This document shows positions 19,901-29,525 of a DNA stretch of 64,000 bases, piece by piece (position 1 is the first letter of the stretch; each line of letters begins with the position of its first letter). The notes beneath the pieces were generated by a model that was not told the DNA's origin, searched no databases, and saw nothing but the letters and a program-made list of their open reading frames with translations. This DNA comes from Bdellovibrionales bacterium (GTDB lineage Bacteria > Bdellovibrionota > Bdellovibrionia > Bdellovibrionales > JAUICD01). The DNA lies in NCBI GenBank assembly GCA_965203275.1, contig OZ241865.1:2016001-2080000 (forward strand). The letters run 5' to 3'. The translations under genes and the position numbers were made by a program.

Positions 19901-21601
19901 CATCCAGAACTAGAAGAGAGAATAAAAGAAACTTATGTTAAAGAAAGCAATGTGCAGAATAAAAATGCTCTATATGACTCTTATATAAAGGCTATTCGGT
20001 GGGCTTCAGATCGGATTGAAAAACAAGGTATTATTGGTTTTGTCCACAATGGTTCGTTAATAGATGGTAGAGCTACTATCGGGCTTAGAAAGTGCCTAGT
20101 TAAAGAATTTGATGCTATTTATTGTTTTAATTTAAGAGGTCATATTAAGAAGTTTGACAAAAAAGAAGGTGAAAATATCTTTGGTCAAAAATCCATGTGT
20201 TCCATAGCCATAACTTTTCTGATTAAGCATAATCAAGTAGAGCAGAAGCAAAAGAAAGATGCTGTGATTAAATACTATGATATTGGTGATTATTTAAAGC
20301 GAGAGCAAAAACTTAAAATTATTGATGATTTTACTTCTATCCAAAAGATAAATTGGCAAAATATCACACCAGGTCCTTATGGGGATTGGATTCATCAGAG
20401 AGATCCATCTTTTGATAGCTTCCTGCCTTTAGGTGATAAAAAGTCAAAAGAAAGTATTTTTACTTTACATAGTAGAGGAGTTTGTACATGTAGAGATAAC
20501 TGGGCTTATAACTTTAGTACAAAAAAGGTTAAAGATAATATGCAGAGGATGATTGACTTTTATAATCAAGAGCTTGAGAGGTTAAAAGATCAAAAGATCA
20601 CTAAGAAAAACTTTGATGCCATTGCCAACCTAGATAAAGAAAAAGTAAAGTGGTGTAATCGTCTCACACAAGATTTTATAAGACAAAAAAGAGGAGCATT
20701 TGATAAAGAACAAATTAGGCCATCAAGTTATCGCCCTTTTACAAAATCTTATCTTTATTTTGATAAAATGTTTAATAATGCCATCTATCAAAACCCGAAA
20801 ATTTTCCCTGAACCTACTACAGAAAATAAAATAATTTGTGTTAGTGGAGTAGGTGCAAATAATTTTTCTGTCCTAATAACAGATCAAATTTCAAGTGTTG
20901 ACTATATCAACAAAACTCAATGCTTCCCACTTTATTATTACGACATCTCAGATCAAAAAGCTACTAAAAGAGATAGCATTACAGACTTTGCCTTACAACA
21001 ATTCCAAAAGCACTATAAAGATCAATCCATCATCAAAGAAGATATATTTTATTATATTTATGGATTGCTACATTCTAAAGATTATCAACAAAGGTATAAA
21101 AACAACTTAACTAAGGAGTTACCACGCATTCCTTTTGTCCCACAATTTAAAGACTTCTCAAAGATAGGTCAACAGCTTGCCAATTTGCATTTAAACTACG
21201 AAGACCAAAGACAAAATCCAAAGGTACATATTAAAAAAGACAATCAAACTGTCCTTTTAAGCTCTCTCAAAACAGAAGACTTAAAGGTTAAGAAAATGAA
21301 ACCTAACAAAAAAGATCAATCAAAGATTATATTTAATGATAGCATCACCATTGAGAATATCCCACAAGAAGCGTGGAATTATGAAATCAATGGACAATCT
21401 GCCATTAAGTATGTTACAGATAGATACCAAGTGAAGACAGACAAAGACTCTCAAATCACAAACAATCCAAATGATTATTCAGAGGATCCAGCTTATATTC
21501 TTAAATTGCTTTTAAGTGTGATCACTGTTTCCCTTAAAACTCAAAAGCTTATAGATACCTTGCCTGCCATTAACTTTGACAAGCTCGCTCAAGCATCTTA
21601 A
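16904..21601 (+). CDS. Type ISP single-polypeptide restriction-modification enzyme (LlaGI/LlaBIII-like)
   Basis: Mrr-like GIDLVAK..AIQCK; Walker A MACGTGKT; DEAH; VQAVGRAMRK; MTase motifs DAFAGTG and NPPY; C-terminal TRD; 1565 aa. Confidence 0.95.
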   Translation: MTFNQLLQYIRDKAKHLREKGDLFERAIKNFLKKSPEHNFENVWMWSDWPDHKKYDIQKQDMGIDLVAKEKETGNYIAIQCKCFNEDTQITKKHIDSFLAHSGKKPFTSRLIVTTTDQWNQDAIKATKNLDKRCKILTSSDLEELEFDWTLKGDVQQKEKLTPKDHQEDALRKAKEHFQNHNRGKLIMACGTGKTLTSLHIAEKVTSKNGIILFLAPSISLVSQALRVYAYQRQHTQNYLVVCSDNKAGKDSDGVDVDDLQISPTTDAFKIAKMLRKTSNTRTVVFSTYQSLDKIKEAQSKGSPKFDLVICDEAHRTTGIEATSKENGKTQGNFFTLINKDDYIKAYKRLYMTATPRIYSDTAQTKAQKDQVELCSMDDESIYGKEFYRLDFSKAIERKLLSDYKVIILTIDQKYISDHIQGSLKDTVLNDASKLVGCYRALKDQGEGAKGVMLKKAVAFLNTIKDSKECAKCFSQVVDSLKENQNDGFTCRTKHIDGTDNTIERNKKLEWLKEDAGQTEAQEHICRILFNSKCLTEGIDVPSLDAILFLQPRKSQVDVVQAVGRAMRKSKDKKYGYVILPVVIPAGSDAVKALDNNETYKVVWQVLNALRSHDDKFNAMINDINLNKKAPEKINIVGVGSPSDGISDVDKESITQATSTQLSLLPSGHEKIYAKIVEKCGDRLYQDKWIAKVKTFYETITTRINSLLEKDIKVKTEFTKYHKSLKSIIHAEISQEDSVSMLAEHLLTKRAFDKIFEGYEFSKNNPISVAMDKTIRRLQGYAIENEIKELETFYNAISKRVEGIDNSAGRQKIIKELYEDFIKTAFPKTAEKLGIAYTPIEIVDFILKSADILLKQEFNGRGLTSEGVHIIDAFAGTGIFINRLINNKNLILDKDLARKFEKELHANEILLLPYYVASINIEEAYHNRISGNYQPFPGIVLTDTFNLVSGLTQGHFEDHFKQNKDRIERQKQAPIQVIVGNPPYSGGQQSENDGNKNTSHPELEERIKETYVKESNVQNKNALYDSYIKAIRWASDRIEKQGIIGFVHNGSLIDGRATIGLRKCLVKEFDAIYCFNLRGHIKKFDKKEGENIFGQKSMCSIAITFLIKHNQVEQKQKKDAVIKYYDIGDYLKREQKLKIIDDFTSIQKINWQNITPGPYGDWIHQRDPSFDSFLPLGDKKSKESIFTLHSRGVCTCRDNWAYNFSTKKVKDNMQRMIDFYNQELERLKDQKITKKNFDAIANLDKEKVKWCNRLTQDFIRQKRGAFDKEQIRPSSYRPFTKSYLYFDKMFNNAIYQNPKIFPEPTTENKIICVSGVGANNFSVLITDQISSVDYINKTQCFPLYYYDISDQKATKRDSITDFALQQFQKHYKDQSIIKEDIFYYIYGLLHSKDYQQRYKNNLTKELPRIPFVPQFKDFSKIGQQLANLHLNYEDQRQNPKVHIKKDNQTVLLSSLKTEDLKVKKMKPNKKDQSKIIFNDSITIENIPQEAWNYEINGQSAIKYVTDRYQVKTDKDSQITNNPNDYSEDPAYILKLLLSVITVSLKTQKLIDTLPAINFDKLAQAS

Positions 21602-21682
21602 ACTTTTGAGTTTGATAGATGAGTTCATTGAGTTGATTTATGTAGTTTCTATTTTTTTAAATTCTGCTTGCTTTTAAAAAGC

Positions 21683-21711
21683 TTGACATGGTAATTAATC
21701 GATTATAAAAT
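21683..21711 (+). promoter_or_regulatory. Sigma70 promoter, copy 2 of 4
   Basis: TTGACA-N17-TAAAAT. Confidence 0.75.
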
Positions 21712-21766
21712 AATAAAAATACATTGTAGATTATTATAATAAAATAGATAGGAGCAAAAGGCAAAT

Positions 21767-22633
21767 ATGGCTAATCAAAACAACAAAAAGAAAAAAGAAT
21801 CTGATAATACACCTGAAGCAGTGTGGAAGGCACTGAAAGAAGTTATTGCTGTGCAGAAAAATCTAGCTCAACAAATAGACGAGACACGGCAAAGTATAGA
21901 CAAAGTAAGTAAAGAGACGCGTCAGAATATAGACAAAGCGAGCAAAGAGACACAGCAAAATATAGACAAATTAAGTGGAGAGATAGACAAGGTGAGTAAA
22001 GAGACACAACAAAATATAGACAAAGTAAGTGGAGAGATAGACAAGGTGAGTAAAGAGACACAACAAAATATAGACAAAGTAAGTGGAGAGATAGACAAGG
22101 TGAGTAAAAAGACACAGCAAAATATAGACAAGATAACAAGACAGACAGCAAATAATATTAATAAATTAAGAGGTGATTGGGACAATCGATGGGGTGATTT
22201 TGTAGAGATTCTTATTTCTGAAAATGTAGAAAGGCTATTTGAAGATTATGGCATCATCAAAGGTGAGGTAGAAACTATCAACAAAAAAACCTACTGTTTT
22301 AAGGATGGTGCCACTCAGCTTGAGTTTGAGTTTGATTCTATCACCATCAATGGTGATAAAGTCATTATAACAGAAGCTAAAAAGAAAATGACAAAAACAA
22401 AAGTAAAAAACTTTATTAAAAAAGTACAAAGTTTTCTAGCTATCAAAGACAATGGATTTTCCAATAAAAAAGTTTACATTGCTATAGGTTATTTAAAGGC
22501 AGACAATGAGAAGCTCCTGATCAAATATGCAGAGGGACAAGGATTATTTGTGATTAAGGCAGTTGGTGACAGTGCTAAGCTTGTGAACTCACCTCAAACT
22601 TTCAAACCCAAGCAAGTGAACTTAAATTTGTAA
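21767..22633 (+). CDS. Coiled-coil + PD-(D/E)XK nuclease-fold protein, paralogue 2
   Basis: Same architecture; longest repeat region (288 aa). Confidence 0.75.
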   Translation: MANQNNKKKKESDNTPEAVWKALKEVIAVQKNLAQQIDETRQSIDKVSKETRQNIDKASKETQQNIDKLSGEIDKVSKETQQNIDKVSGEIDKVSKETQQNIDKVSGEIDKVSKKTQQNIDKITRQTANNINKLRGDWDNRWGDFVEILISENVERLFEDYGIIKGEVETINKKTYCFKDGATQLEFEFDSITINGDKVIITEAKKKMTKTKVKNFIKKVQSFLAIKDNGFSNKKVYIAIGYLKADNEKLLIKYAEGQGLFVIKAVGDSAKLVNSPQTFKPKQVNLNL

Positions 22634-22763
22634 TTCTTTTCATTTCCTGTTCCATCATCATCAAGCTCGCTTGCCCTTAAACTTAAGTTTGATAGATAGA
22701 TGATTTCATTGAGTTGATTTATGTAGTTTCTATTTTTTTAAATTCTGCTTGCTTTTAAAAGGC

Positions 22764-22792
22764 TTGACATGGTAATCAATCGATTATAAAAT
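22764..22792 (+). promoter_or_regulatory. Sigma70 promoter, copy 3 of 4
   Basis: TTGACA-N17-TAAAAT. Confidence 0.75.
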
Positions 22793-22859
22793 AATAAAAA
22801 CACTTGTAGATTATTATAATAAAATAGATTAGAAGCAAAAGGCAAATATGGGGGCAAAT

Positions 22860-23606
22860 ATGGCTAATCAAAAAAAGAAAAAAGAATCTGATCATACACC
22901 TGAAGCAGTGTGGAAGGCACTGAAAGAAGTTATTGCTGTGCAGAAAAATCTAGCTCAAAAAATGGAAGAGACACGTCAAAATGTAGACAAATTAAGTGGA
23001 GAGATAGACAAGGTGAGTAAAGAGACACGGCAAAATATAGACAAGGTGAGTAAAGAGACGCGTCAGAATATAGACAAAGCGAGTAAACAGACACAGCAAA
23101 ATATAGACAAAGTGACAAGACAGACAGCAAATAATATTAATAAATTAAGAGGTGATTGGGACAATCGATGGGGTGATTTTGTAGAGATTCTTATTTCTGA
23201 AAATGTAGAAAGGCTATTTGAAGATTATGGGATTATCAAAGGCAAGGTAGAAACTGTCAATAAAAAAGTCTACTGCTCTGCGAATGGTGCCACTCAGTTT
23301 GAGTTTGATTCTATCACCATCAATGGTGACAAAGTCATTATAACAGAAGCTAAAAAGAAAATGACAAAAACAAAAGTAAAAAACTTTATTAAAAAAGTAC
23401 AAAGTTTTCTAGCTATCAAAGACAATGAGTTTTCTAATAAAAAAGTTTACATTGCTATAGGTTATTTGAAAGCAGACAATGAGAAGCTACTTATTGAATA
23501 TGCAGAGGGACAGGGATTATTTGTGATTAAGGCAGTTGGTGACAGTGCTAAACTTGTGAATTCACCTCAAACTTTCAAACCCAAACAAGTGAACTTAAAT
23601 TTGTAA
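22860..23606 (+). CDS. Coiled-coil + PD-(D/E)XK nuclease-fold protein, paralogue 3
   Basis: Same architecture; a short duplication gives an alternative in-frame ATG at 22848. Confidence 0.75.
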   Translation: MANQKKKKESDHTPEAVWKALKEVIAVQKNLAQKMEETRQNVDKLSGEIDKVSKETRQNIDKVSKETRQNIDKASKQTQQNIDKVTRQTANNINKLRGDWDNRWGDFVEILISENVERLFEDYGIIKGKVETVNKKVYCSANGATQFEFDSITINGDKVIITEAKKKMTKTKVKNFIKKVQSFLAIKDNEFSNKKVYIAIGYLKADNEKLLIEYAEGQGLFVIKAVGDSAKLVNSPQTFKPKQVNLNL

Positions 23607-23736
23607 TTCTTTTCATTTTCTGCTCCATCACCATCAAGCTCGCTTGCCCTTAAACTTAAGTTTGATAGATAGATGATTTCATTGAGTTGATTTATGTAGT
23701 TTCTATTTTTTTAAATTCTGCTTGCTTTTAAAAAGC

Positions 23737-23765
23737 TTGACATGGTAATTAATCGATTATAAAAT
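23737..23765 (+). promoter_or_regulatory. Sigma70 promoter, copy 4 of 4
   Basis: TTGACA-N17-TAAAAT. Confidence 0.75.
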
Positions 23766-23803
23766 AATAAAAAGTACATTGTAAATTATTATAATAAAGA
23801 CAT

Positions 23804-23958
23804 TTTCCTTAACATTTCACTCAAAATGCATCATGCCTCTGGCATGTTTTCTGGCAGTTAGCCCGACGGCTACCGCCGTCATCAAAGGCTAACTGCCCAA
23901 AAATAGCCAGAGGCTAGTTCAATTTTAGGGAAACAGAGGCTAGTTTACTTTTAGTGAA
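23804..23958. repeat. Hybrid family A element, deletion derivative of the 15178-15760 cluster
   Basis: Identical to both ends of that cluster, joined at GGCTAACTGCC. Confidence 0.85.
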
Positions 23959-23966
23959 GGAAAAAT

Positions 23967-24686
23967 ATGGCTAATCAAAACAACAAAAAGAAAAAAGAAT
24001 CTGATCATACACCTGAATCAGTGTGGAAGGCACTGAAAGAAGTTATTGCTGTGCAGAAAAATCTAGCTCAAAAAATGGAAGAGACACGTCAAAATGTAGA
24101 CAAATTAAGTGGAGAGATAGACAAGGTGAGTAAAGAGACGCGTCAGAATATAGACAAAGCGAGTAAACAGACACAGCAAAATATAGACAAAGTGACAAGA
24201 CAGACAGCAAATAATATTAATAAATTAAGAGGTGATTGGGACAATCGATGGGGTGATTTTGTAGAGATTCTTATTTCTGAAAATGTAGAAAGGCTATTTG
24301 AAGATTATGGGATTATCAAAGGCAAGGTAGAAACTGTCAATAAAAAAGTCTACTGCTCTGCGAATGGTGCCACTCAGTTTGAGTTTGATTCTATCACCAT
24401 CAATGGTGACAAAGTCATTATAACAGAAGCTAAAAAGAAAATGACAAAAACAAAAGTAAAAAACTTTATTAAAAAAGTACAAAGTTTTCTAGCTATCAAA
24501 GACAATGAGTTTTCTAATAAAAAAGTTTACATTGCTATAGGTTATTTGAAAGCAGACAATGAGAAGCTACTTATTGAATATGCAGAGGGACAAGGATTAT
24601 TTGTGATTAAGGCAGTTGGTGACAGTGCTAAACTTGTGAACTCACCTCAAACTTTCAAACCCAAGCAAGTGAACTTAAATTTGTAA
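23967..24686 (+). CDS. Coiled-coil + PD-(D/E)XK nuclease-fold protein, paralogue 4
   Basis: Nearly identical to paralogue 3 with one 11-aa repeat fewer. Confidence 0.75.
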   Translation: MANQNNKKKKESDHTPESVWKALKEVIAVQKNLAQKMEETRQNVDKLSGEIDKVSKETRQNIDKASKQTQQNIDKVTRQTANNINKLRGDWDNRWGDFVEILISENVERLFEDYGIIKGKVETVNKKVYCSANGATQFEFDSITINGDKVIITEAKKKMTKTKVKNFIKKVQSFLAIKDNEFSNKKVYIAIGYLKADNEKLLIEYAEGQGLFVIKAVGDSAKLVNSPQTFKPKQVNLNL

Positions 24687-25013
24687 TTCTTTTCATTTCC
24701 TGCTCCATCATCATCAAGCTCGCTTGCCCTTAAACTTGAGTAAGATTTTGTGCCACTAGGATGTGAGTTTTTTAACCTAAGAAATTATTAAGGTATTCTT
24801 TAAAATGGTAAAGAGCAACTAACGAGGAGTGGATATTAGGCGGAAAGAAATTGAAAATGTTGAGAAAAAGAAATAGCAAAAACGGCTAGAAATAGCTCCT
24901 GAGTTTGACAGTTCAATTCTATTTTGCTCAAATTTTTCACAAAGTTTGATAACAAATAGAACCTTGAACTGGGTATGAGTCAAAAAAATATCAAAAAATT
25001 GGTCAATTGCTAT

Positions 25014-26348
25014 CTACTTTTGTAATGAAAAGTTTTGGATACGTTCTTGCCATATTTTGGTTTCCCATTTAACTTCTGCAATATCTATTGTCTTAAGATT
25101 TCCTTCTTGCAACACGCGACGTCCTGCTATCCACACATCGCGAACGTGACCACTGTTTGCAGTATATACGATTTGAGAGATGGGATTGTAGACTGGTTGT
25201 GTGTCTACTCCACGAAGATCAATAGCCACAATATCTGCTGCTTTACCAGGCTTAAGTGATCCGAGTTGATCATCAAGTCCAAGGCTACAGGCTCCACCAA
25301 GGGTTGCCATATACAATACCTCCATAGCTGTGTTAGCTACTGCTTTTCCAGCCTTAAGCTTGCCAAGAAATGCTGCCGTACGCATCTCTCCTAACATATC
25401 TAAGTCATTATTACTTGCTGCTCCATCTGTTCCAAGTGCAGTATTCACACCAGATGATCTTAATTGAGGAACTGGACAAACTCCACTTGCTAACTTGAGG
25501 TTTGACTCTGGACAATGCACAACTGATGCACCACTACGGGCTAACATCTCAATTTCTTCTGGAAGAAGTTGAGTTGCATGAACTGCAATAAGCTGTTTGT
25601 TGACAAGACCAAGTTTGGCAAGACGTGCGAGGGGACGCTCTTTAGTTTCATGCATTGCTTGTGCAATCTCTTGTTGCGTCTCGTGTACATGAATATGTAC
25701 TGGAAGGTCAAGTTGACTAGAGATTTCTCTGACTTTCTCTAAAGATTGTTCACTGACTGTATGAGGTGCATGGGGTGCAAGTGCAGATGTGATCAGAGGA
25801 CTATCTTTAAATGCACTTTGTACTTCAAGTCCTCGTGAAAAGTATGATGCCGAATCTTTTGCCCAAGCTGTAGGCATTTCTATAATAATAATGCCAAGTA
25901 TGGCCCGAATTCCAGCTGCACTAGCGACTTCTCCCACTATGTCCGGAAAAAGATACATGTCGTTAAAGCAAGTTGTGCCACTTTTTAACATCTCAGCAAC
26001 AGCAAGACATGTTCCGGTACGCACAAAGTTTTCTCTAACAAACTGGGTTTCTAATGGCCAGATGTGTTCGGTCAACCATTTCTGAAGCGGTATATCATCG
26101 GCAAGTCCACGGAACAAAGTCATTGCAGCATGGGTATGAGCATTAACAAACCCAGGTACTAGAGCATGGCCATCAAGGTGTACTTTTTCTTTAAAAGTAA
26201 ATTTTAGATCCAGTTCTTGAGGATTTCCCAGGGTGATAATGTTCCCTTTATGCACTGCAATAGCATGGTCTTCAAGAACACACTCAGTAGGTTCAACTGG
26301 AATGGTCCACGAAGCACTAAGCATAAGATCTGCAGATTCTTTTTTCAC
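25014..26348 (-). CDS. mtaD: TRZ/ATZ-family amidohydrolase (MTA/SAH deaminase-like)
   Basis: PGFVNAHTH, APHAP, HIHVHET, HCPESNLKLASG and LGTDGAASNNDLD motifs. Confidence 0.8.
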   Translation of the reverse strand: MKKESADLMLSASWTIPVEPTECVLEDHAIAVHKGNIITLGNPQELDLKFTFKEKVHLDGHALVPGFVNAHTHAAMTLFRGLADDIPLQKWLTEHIWPLETQFVRENFVRTGTCLAVAEMLKSGTTCFNDMYLFPDIVGEVASAAGIRAILGIIIIEMPTAWAKDSASYFSRGLEVQSAFKDSPLITSALAPHAPHTVSEQSLEKVREISSQLDLPVHIHVHETQQEIAQAMHETKERPLARLAKLGLVNKQLIAVHATQLLPEEIEMLARSGASVVHCPESNLKLASGVCPVPQLRSSGVNTALGTDGAASNNDLDMLGEMRTAAFLGKLKAGKAVANTAMEVLYMATLGGACSLGLDDQLGSLKPGKAADIVAIDLRGVDTQPVYNPISQIVYTANSGHVRDVWIAGRRVLQEGNLKTIDIAEVKWETKIWQERIQNFSLQK

Positions 26349-26489
26349 TTACAATGTCTACCCTTCTTTAGGATGACTTATCTATGATCATTCAATGAGC
26401 TTTCAGATAGTTCTTTATTAATTTATTGACCAAGGGTCTAATTTATTCATACAAAAATCAATAGTCAATAACAATATTATAATTGATGT

Positions 26490-27975
26490 AAGTAAAAAAG
26501 ACGGACTTTTGAGGTAGCCAGCCTTGATGAAGGAATTTTTCCTTAACATGTGGTCAAGAGACGAGAGGATCCTCCTCTACTAAAAGTAAACGGACTTTTG
26601 AGGGAGTTAGCCTTTGATCGACGGCGATAAGCCGTCGGGCTGGCTACCCAAAAGCAACCAGAGGCTGGTTTACTTTTAGTGAAACAGCTAGCTCCCTAAC
26701 CCCACCCCCCGCCCTTCGATTCTGCTTTTCCATTTGTATATTTTTTATGAGTGGAATGCGGAGTCAGGCTTCCGAAGTCCTCAATTTTTTTCACTCAAAA
26801 TGAACTGGCCTCTGGCCACTTTTGGGTAGCCAGCCCGACGGCTCTCGCCGTCGTAAAAGGCTGGCTACCTCAAAAGCTTGTTCATTTTGAGTAGGGCGAA
26901 TCTCCTTGCTTCTTACACCATGTTAAGGAAACAAGATATGCTTCTAAAATTTTTTGGGGAGCAAGCGGGTCTGCGGAAGATCTTCAGCCTGCCCCCGCCT
27001 CCCACTCATAATAATATTTATGTTTTTTTGAAAATTACGCAGAATCTAAAAAAGAATAAAAAAAACAAAAAAACGAACTCTTGTTTCCTTAACATGGTGT
27101 AAAGGAATAAGAGGATCCTCCTCTACTAAAAGTAAACGGACTTTTGAGGGAGTTAGCCTTTGATCGACGGCGATAAGCCGTCGGGCTAACTGCCCATTAC
27201 CATTCGCATCCAGATTTTTTATTTGTAAGCACAGAATTTCAAAGCCAAATGAGTAAAAAGTGATAAAAACTAATGATATAAATGGGAAAGAGTCTGGTCT
27301 CAGGGCAATGATTTTGAAATTTAAGAAATAAATTGAAGATCCAGCTCAAAAGTAGCCAGGGGCTAGTTCAATTTTAGGGAAACAAAGGCATGATGCATTT
27401 TGAGTGAAAATGACGGTCAGTTTACTTTTAGTGAAACAGCTAGCTCCCTAACCCCACCCCCCGCCCTTCGATTCTGCTTTTCCATTTGTATATTTTTTAT
27501 GAGTGGAATGCGGAGTCAGGCTTCCGAAGTCCTCAATTTTTTTCACTCAAAATGAACTGGCCTCTGGCCACTTTTGGGTAGCCAGCCCGACGGCTCTCGC
27601 CGTCGTAAAAGGCTGGCTACCTCAAAAGCTTGTTCATTTTGAGTAGGGCGAATCTCCTTGCTTCTTACACCATGTTAAGGAAACAAGATATGCTTCTAAA
27701 ATTTTTTGGGGAGCAAGCGGGTCTGCGGAAGATCTTCAGCCTGCCCCCGCCTCCCACTCATAATATTCATGTTTATTTGAGATTTACGCAGAATCTAAAA
27801 GAGAATAAAAAAAAACAAAAAAATGAAACTCTTTTTCCCTAACATCCTGTTAAAAAACGGAAGGATCCTTTCTACTAAAAGTGGTCAGGCTTTCTAGGTT
27901 GCCAGCAACTGAGAAGGCGAAAGCCTTCGGCTGGCAACCAGAAAGTAGCCAGAGGCTAGACCACTTTTAGTGAAA
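26490..27975. repeat. Repeat cluster: family A elements nested in long-hairpin family B, with a ~340-bp direct duplication (offset 752 bp)
   Basis: ~26668-27013 matches ~27420-27765; further family A copies at ~26539, ~27083 and ~27835. Confidence 0.9.
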
Positions 27976-27977
27976 TG

Positions 27978-29432
27978 TTAAAGAAACAAAAGCTCAGCTT
28001 CTAATTGTTTTAATTCTGTATCTTCTGATGAGGTTAGATTTCTACTATCTTTGAGTACAAGCAAGTAATGCAATCGACATAAAGGATAATATGGCTGATC
28101 TTGGAAGTTACATCTAAAATTGTGGTCATTTTCAGACATTTCTATCAATCTTAAAGGAATACCTTTGCGTATATCCCCATTGGCATATTCTTGTTCTAAT
28201 ATTCTCTTTCTAAAGTTAAATAGTTCTAGTACCAGATTTAATTTAGGCTTTTCAAACTCAAGAACTCTTGCTTTTACAAATGCATAATCTACAACATATA
28301 AATTGAGCATCGAACAAAAAGCATTTAAAATAGTGATCCGCTGATCACACCTGGCAAGATAGCTAGCTAACTCATCCTTATTTATATGAACCGGCTCTAT
28401 ATTTTCTTCTATATTTGAATCTAAGGATTTATCCAAAAACTCCTTGGCTATTGCATCGTATTCATCTGTTGAAATAGTTTCGCTTTGTAATGAATCGATC
28501 ATCAAATTATATGCTGACCATCTACGTAGCCAAAAAACAAGTTCAAAATCAGAACGCACTTTTTCCATAGCTACTTTTATTTCTTCTGTCACTTGTTCTC
28601 CTCTTTGAATAGTAGCTTGATATTCCTGAAATATTTGATAATAAGCACTGTCACCTTTGTTAATAAGTGTCACTGATACAGCAGTAGTACCTAAAGCTAT
28701 AGAAAGCCATCTGACTTCTCTAAGCCTCTGAAAAAAATCATGACGATATTGTAAAGCTCTGATTATTCTTGAGTCTAAAATGCTTTGATAAACTTCAGGC
28801 CATCTTTTTTGTATAAAGTTCTGTAAAAAAGCTGACCCTCGAGTCACAGTTATATTGACCCCTTTAATCAGCCCTTTTAAAATTATTGTTGTGCCAGAAA
28901 CAAGTGCTATACTTTGTAATAAAAATCCTTCTATTTGACCCCATCGATTCACAGCTAATATATCACTTTGTATGCGTTGGTATAGGTCCTCATAGTTTAA
29001 GTGACTTTCCTCTGCACAAATCCTAATAGCATCTTCAAATCCATCGGCTTTTATAAGACTTTGAATTGCACTGCTATCAGGACGACTCAAGCTAAAAAGA
29101 GCATCTTGCAAAGCTTCTAATTCTATAGATAGCCATTGGCTAACACCTATTCTGTATTCTTCACTGGACAATAGATACTGTAAATAATATGACTCTAAAT
29201 CACCATCACCGCTTACACCGCTTAAAGCACCACTTAAAGGAACTTGTCCATTTCCATTTGGACTGTGGTATGTGTATGCGTAGCAAAGTTGACGACCTAT
29301 TCTATAAGAAGTTGCTTCAATGTATGTTGTTGCAATCAAATGCTCGCTTATTTTTTCTGTAGAATCTTGGGCTTTAACAAAAGGTATCTTAAAGTAAATA
29401 AAACACAGAAGTAATAAAATCTTAAATTTCAT
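27978..29432 (-). CDS. Hypothetical exported protein with internal hydrophobic helices
   Basis: Long ORF; signal peptide MKFKILLLLCFIYFKIPFVKA; start inferred from AAGGA SD (track start 29501 is a non-ATG codon). Confidence 0.65.
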   Translation of the reverse strand: MKFKILLLLCFIYFKIPFVKAQDSTEKISEHLIATTYIEATSYRIGRQLCYAYTYHSPNGNGQVPLSGALSGVSGDGDLESYYLQYLLSSEEYRIGVSQWLSIELEALQDALFSLSRPDSSAIQSLIKADGFEDAIRICAEESHLNYEDLYQRIQSDILAVNRWGQIEGFLLQSIALVSGTTIILKGLIKGVNITVTRGSAFLQNFIQKRWPEVYQSILDSRIIRALQYRHDFFQRLREVRWLSIALGTTAVSVTLINKGDSAYYQIFQEYQATIQRGEQVTEEIKVAMEKVRSDFELVFWLRRWSAYNLMIDSLQSETISTDEYDAIAKEFLDKSLDSNIEENIEPVHINKDELASYLARCDQRITILNAFCSMLNLYVVDYAFVKARVLEFEKPKLNLVLELFNFRKRILEQEYANGDIRKGIPLRLIEMSENDHNFRCNFQDQPYYPLCRLHYLLVLKDSRNLTSSEDTELKQLEAELLFL

Positions 29433-29525
29433 GTTATGCATCCTTATAATTCTTAATATTATAAAAAGCTCAATTTTAACATAATATAAAAAAGAAAACA
29501 AGATAAAGCCTTACCTTTAATTTGC

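Noticed and set aside
15769..24686. Diversity-generating retroelement acting on the paralogues
   Set aside because: No reverse transcriptase in the window; differences are repeat-number indels and block swaps, not adenine-specific substitutions.
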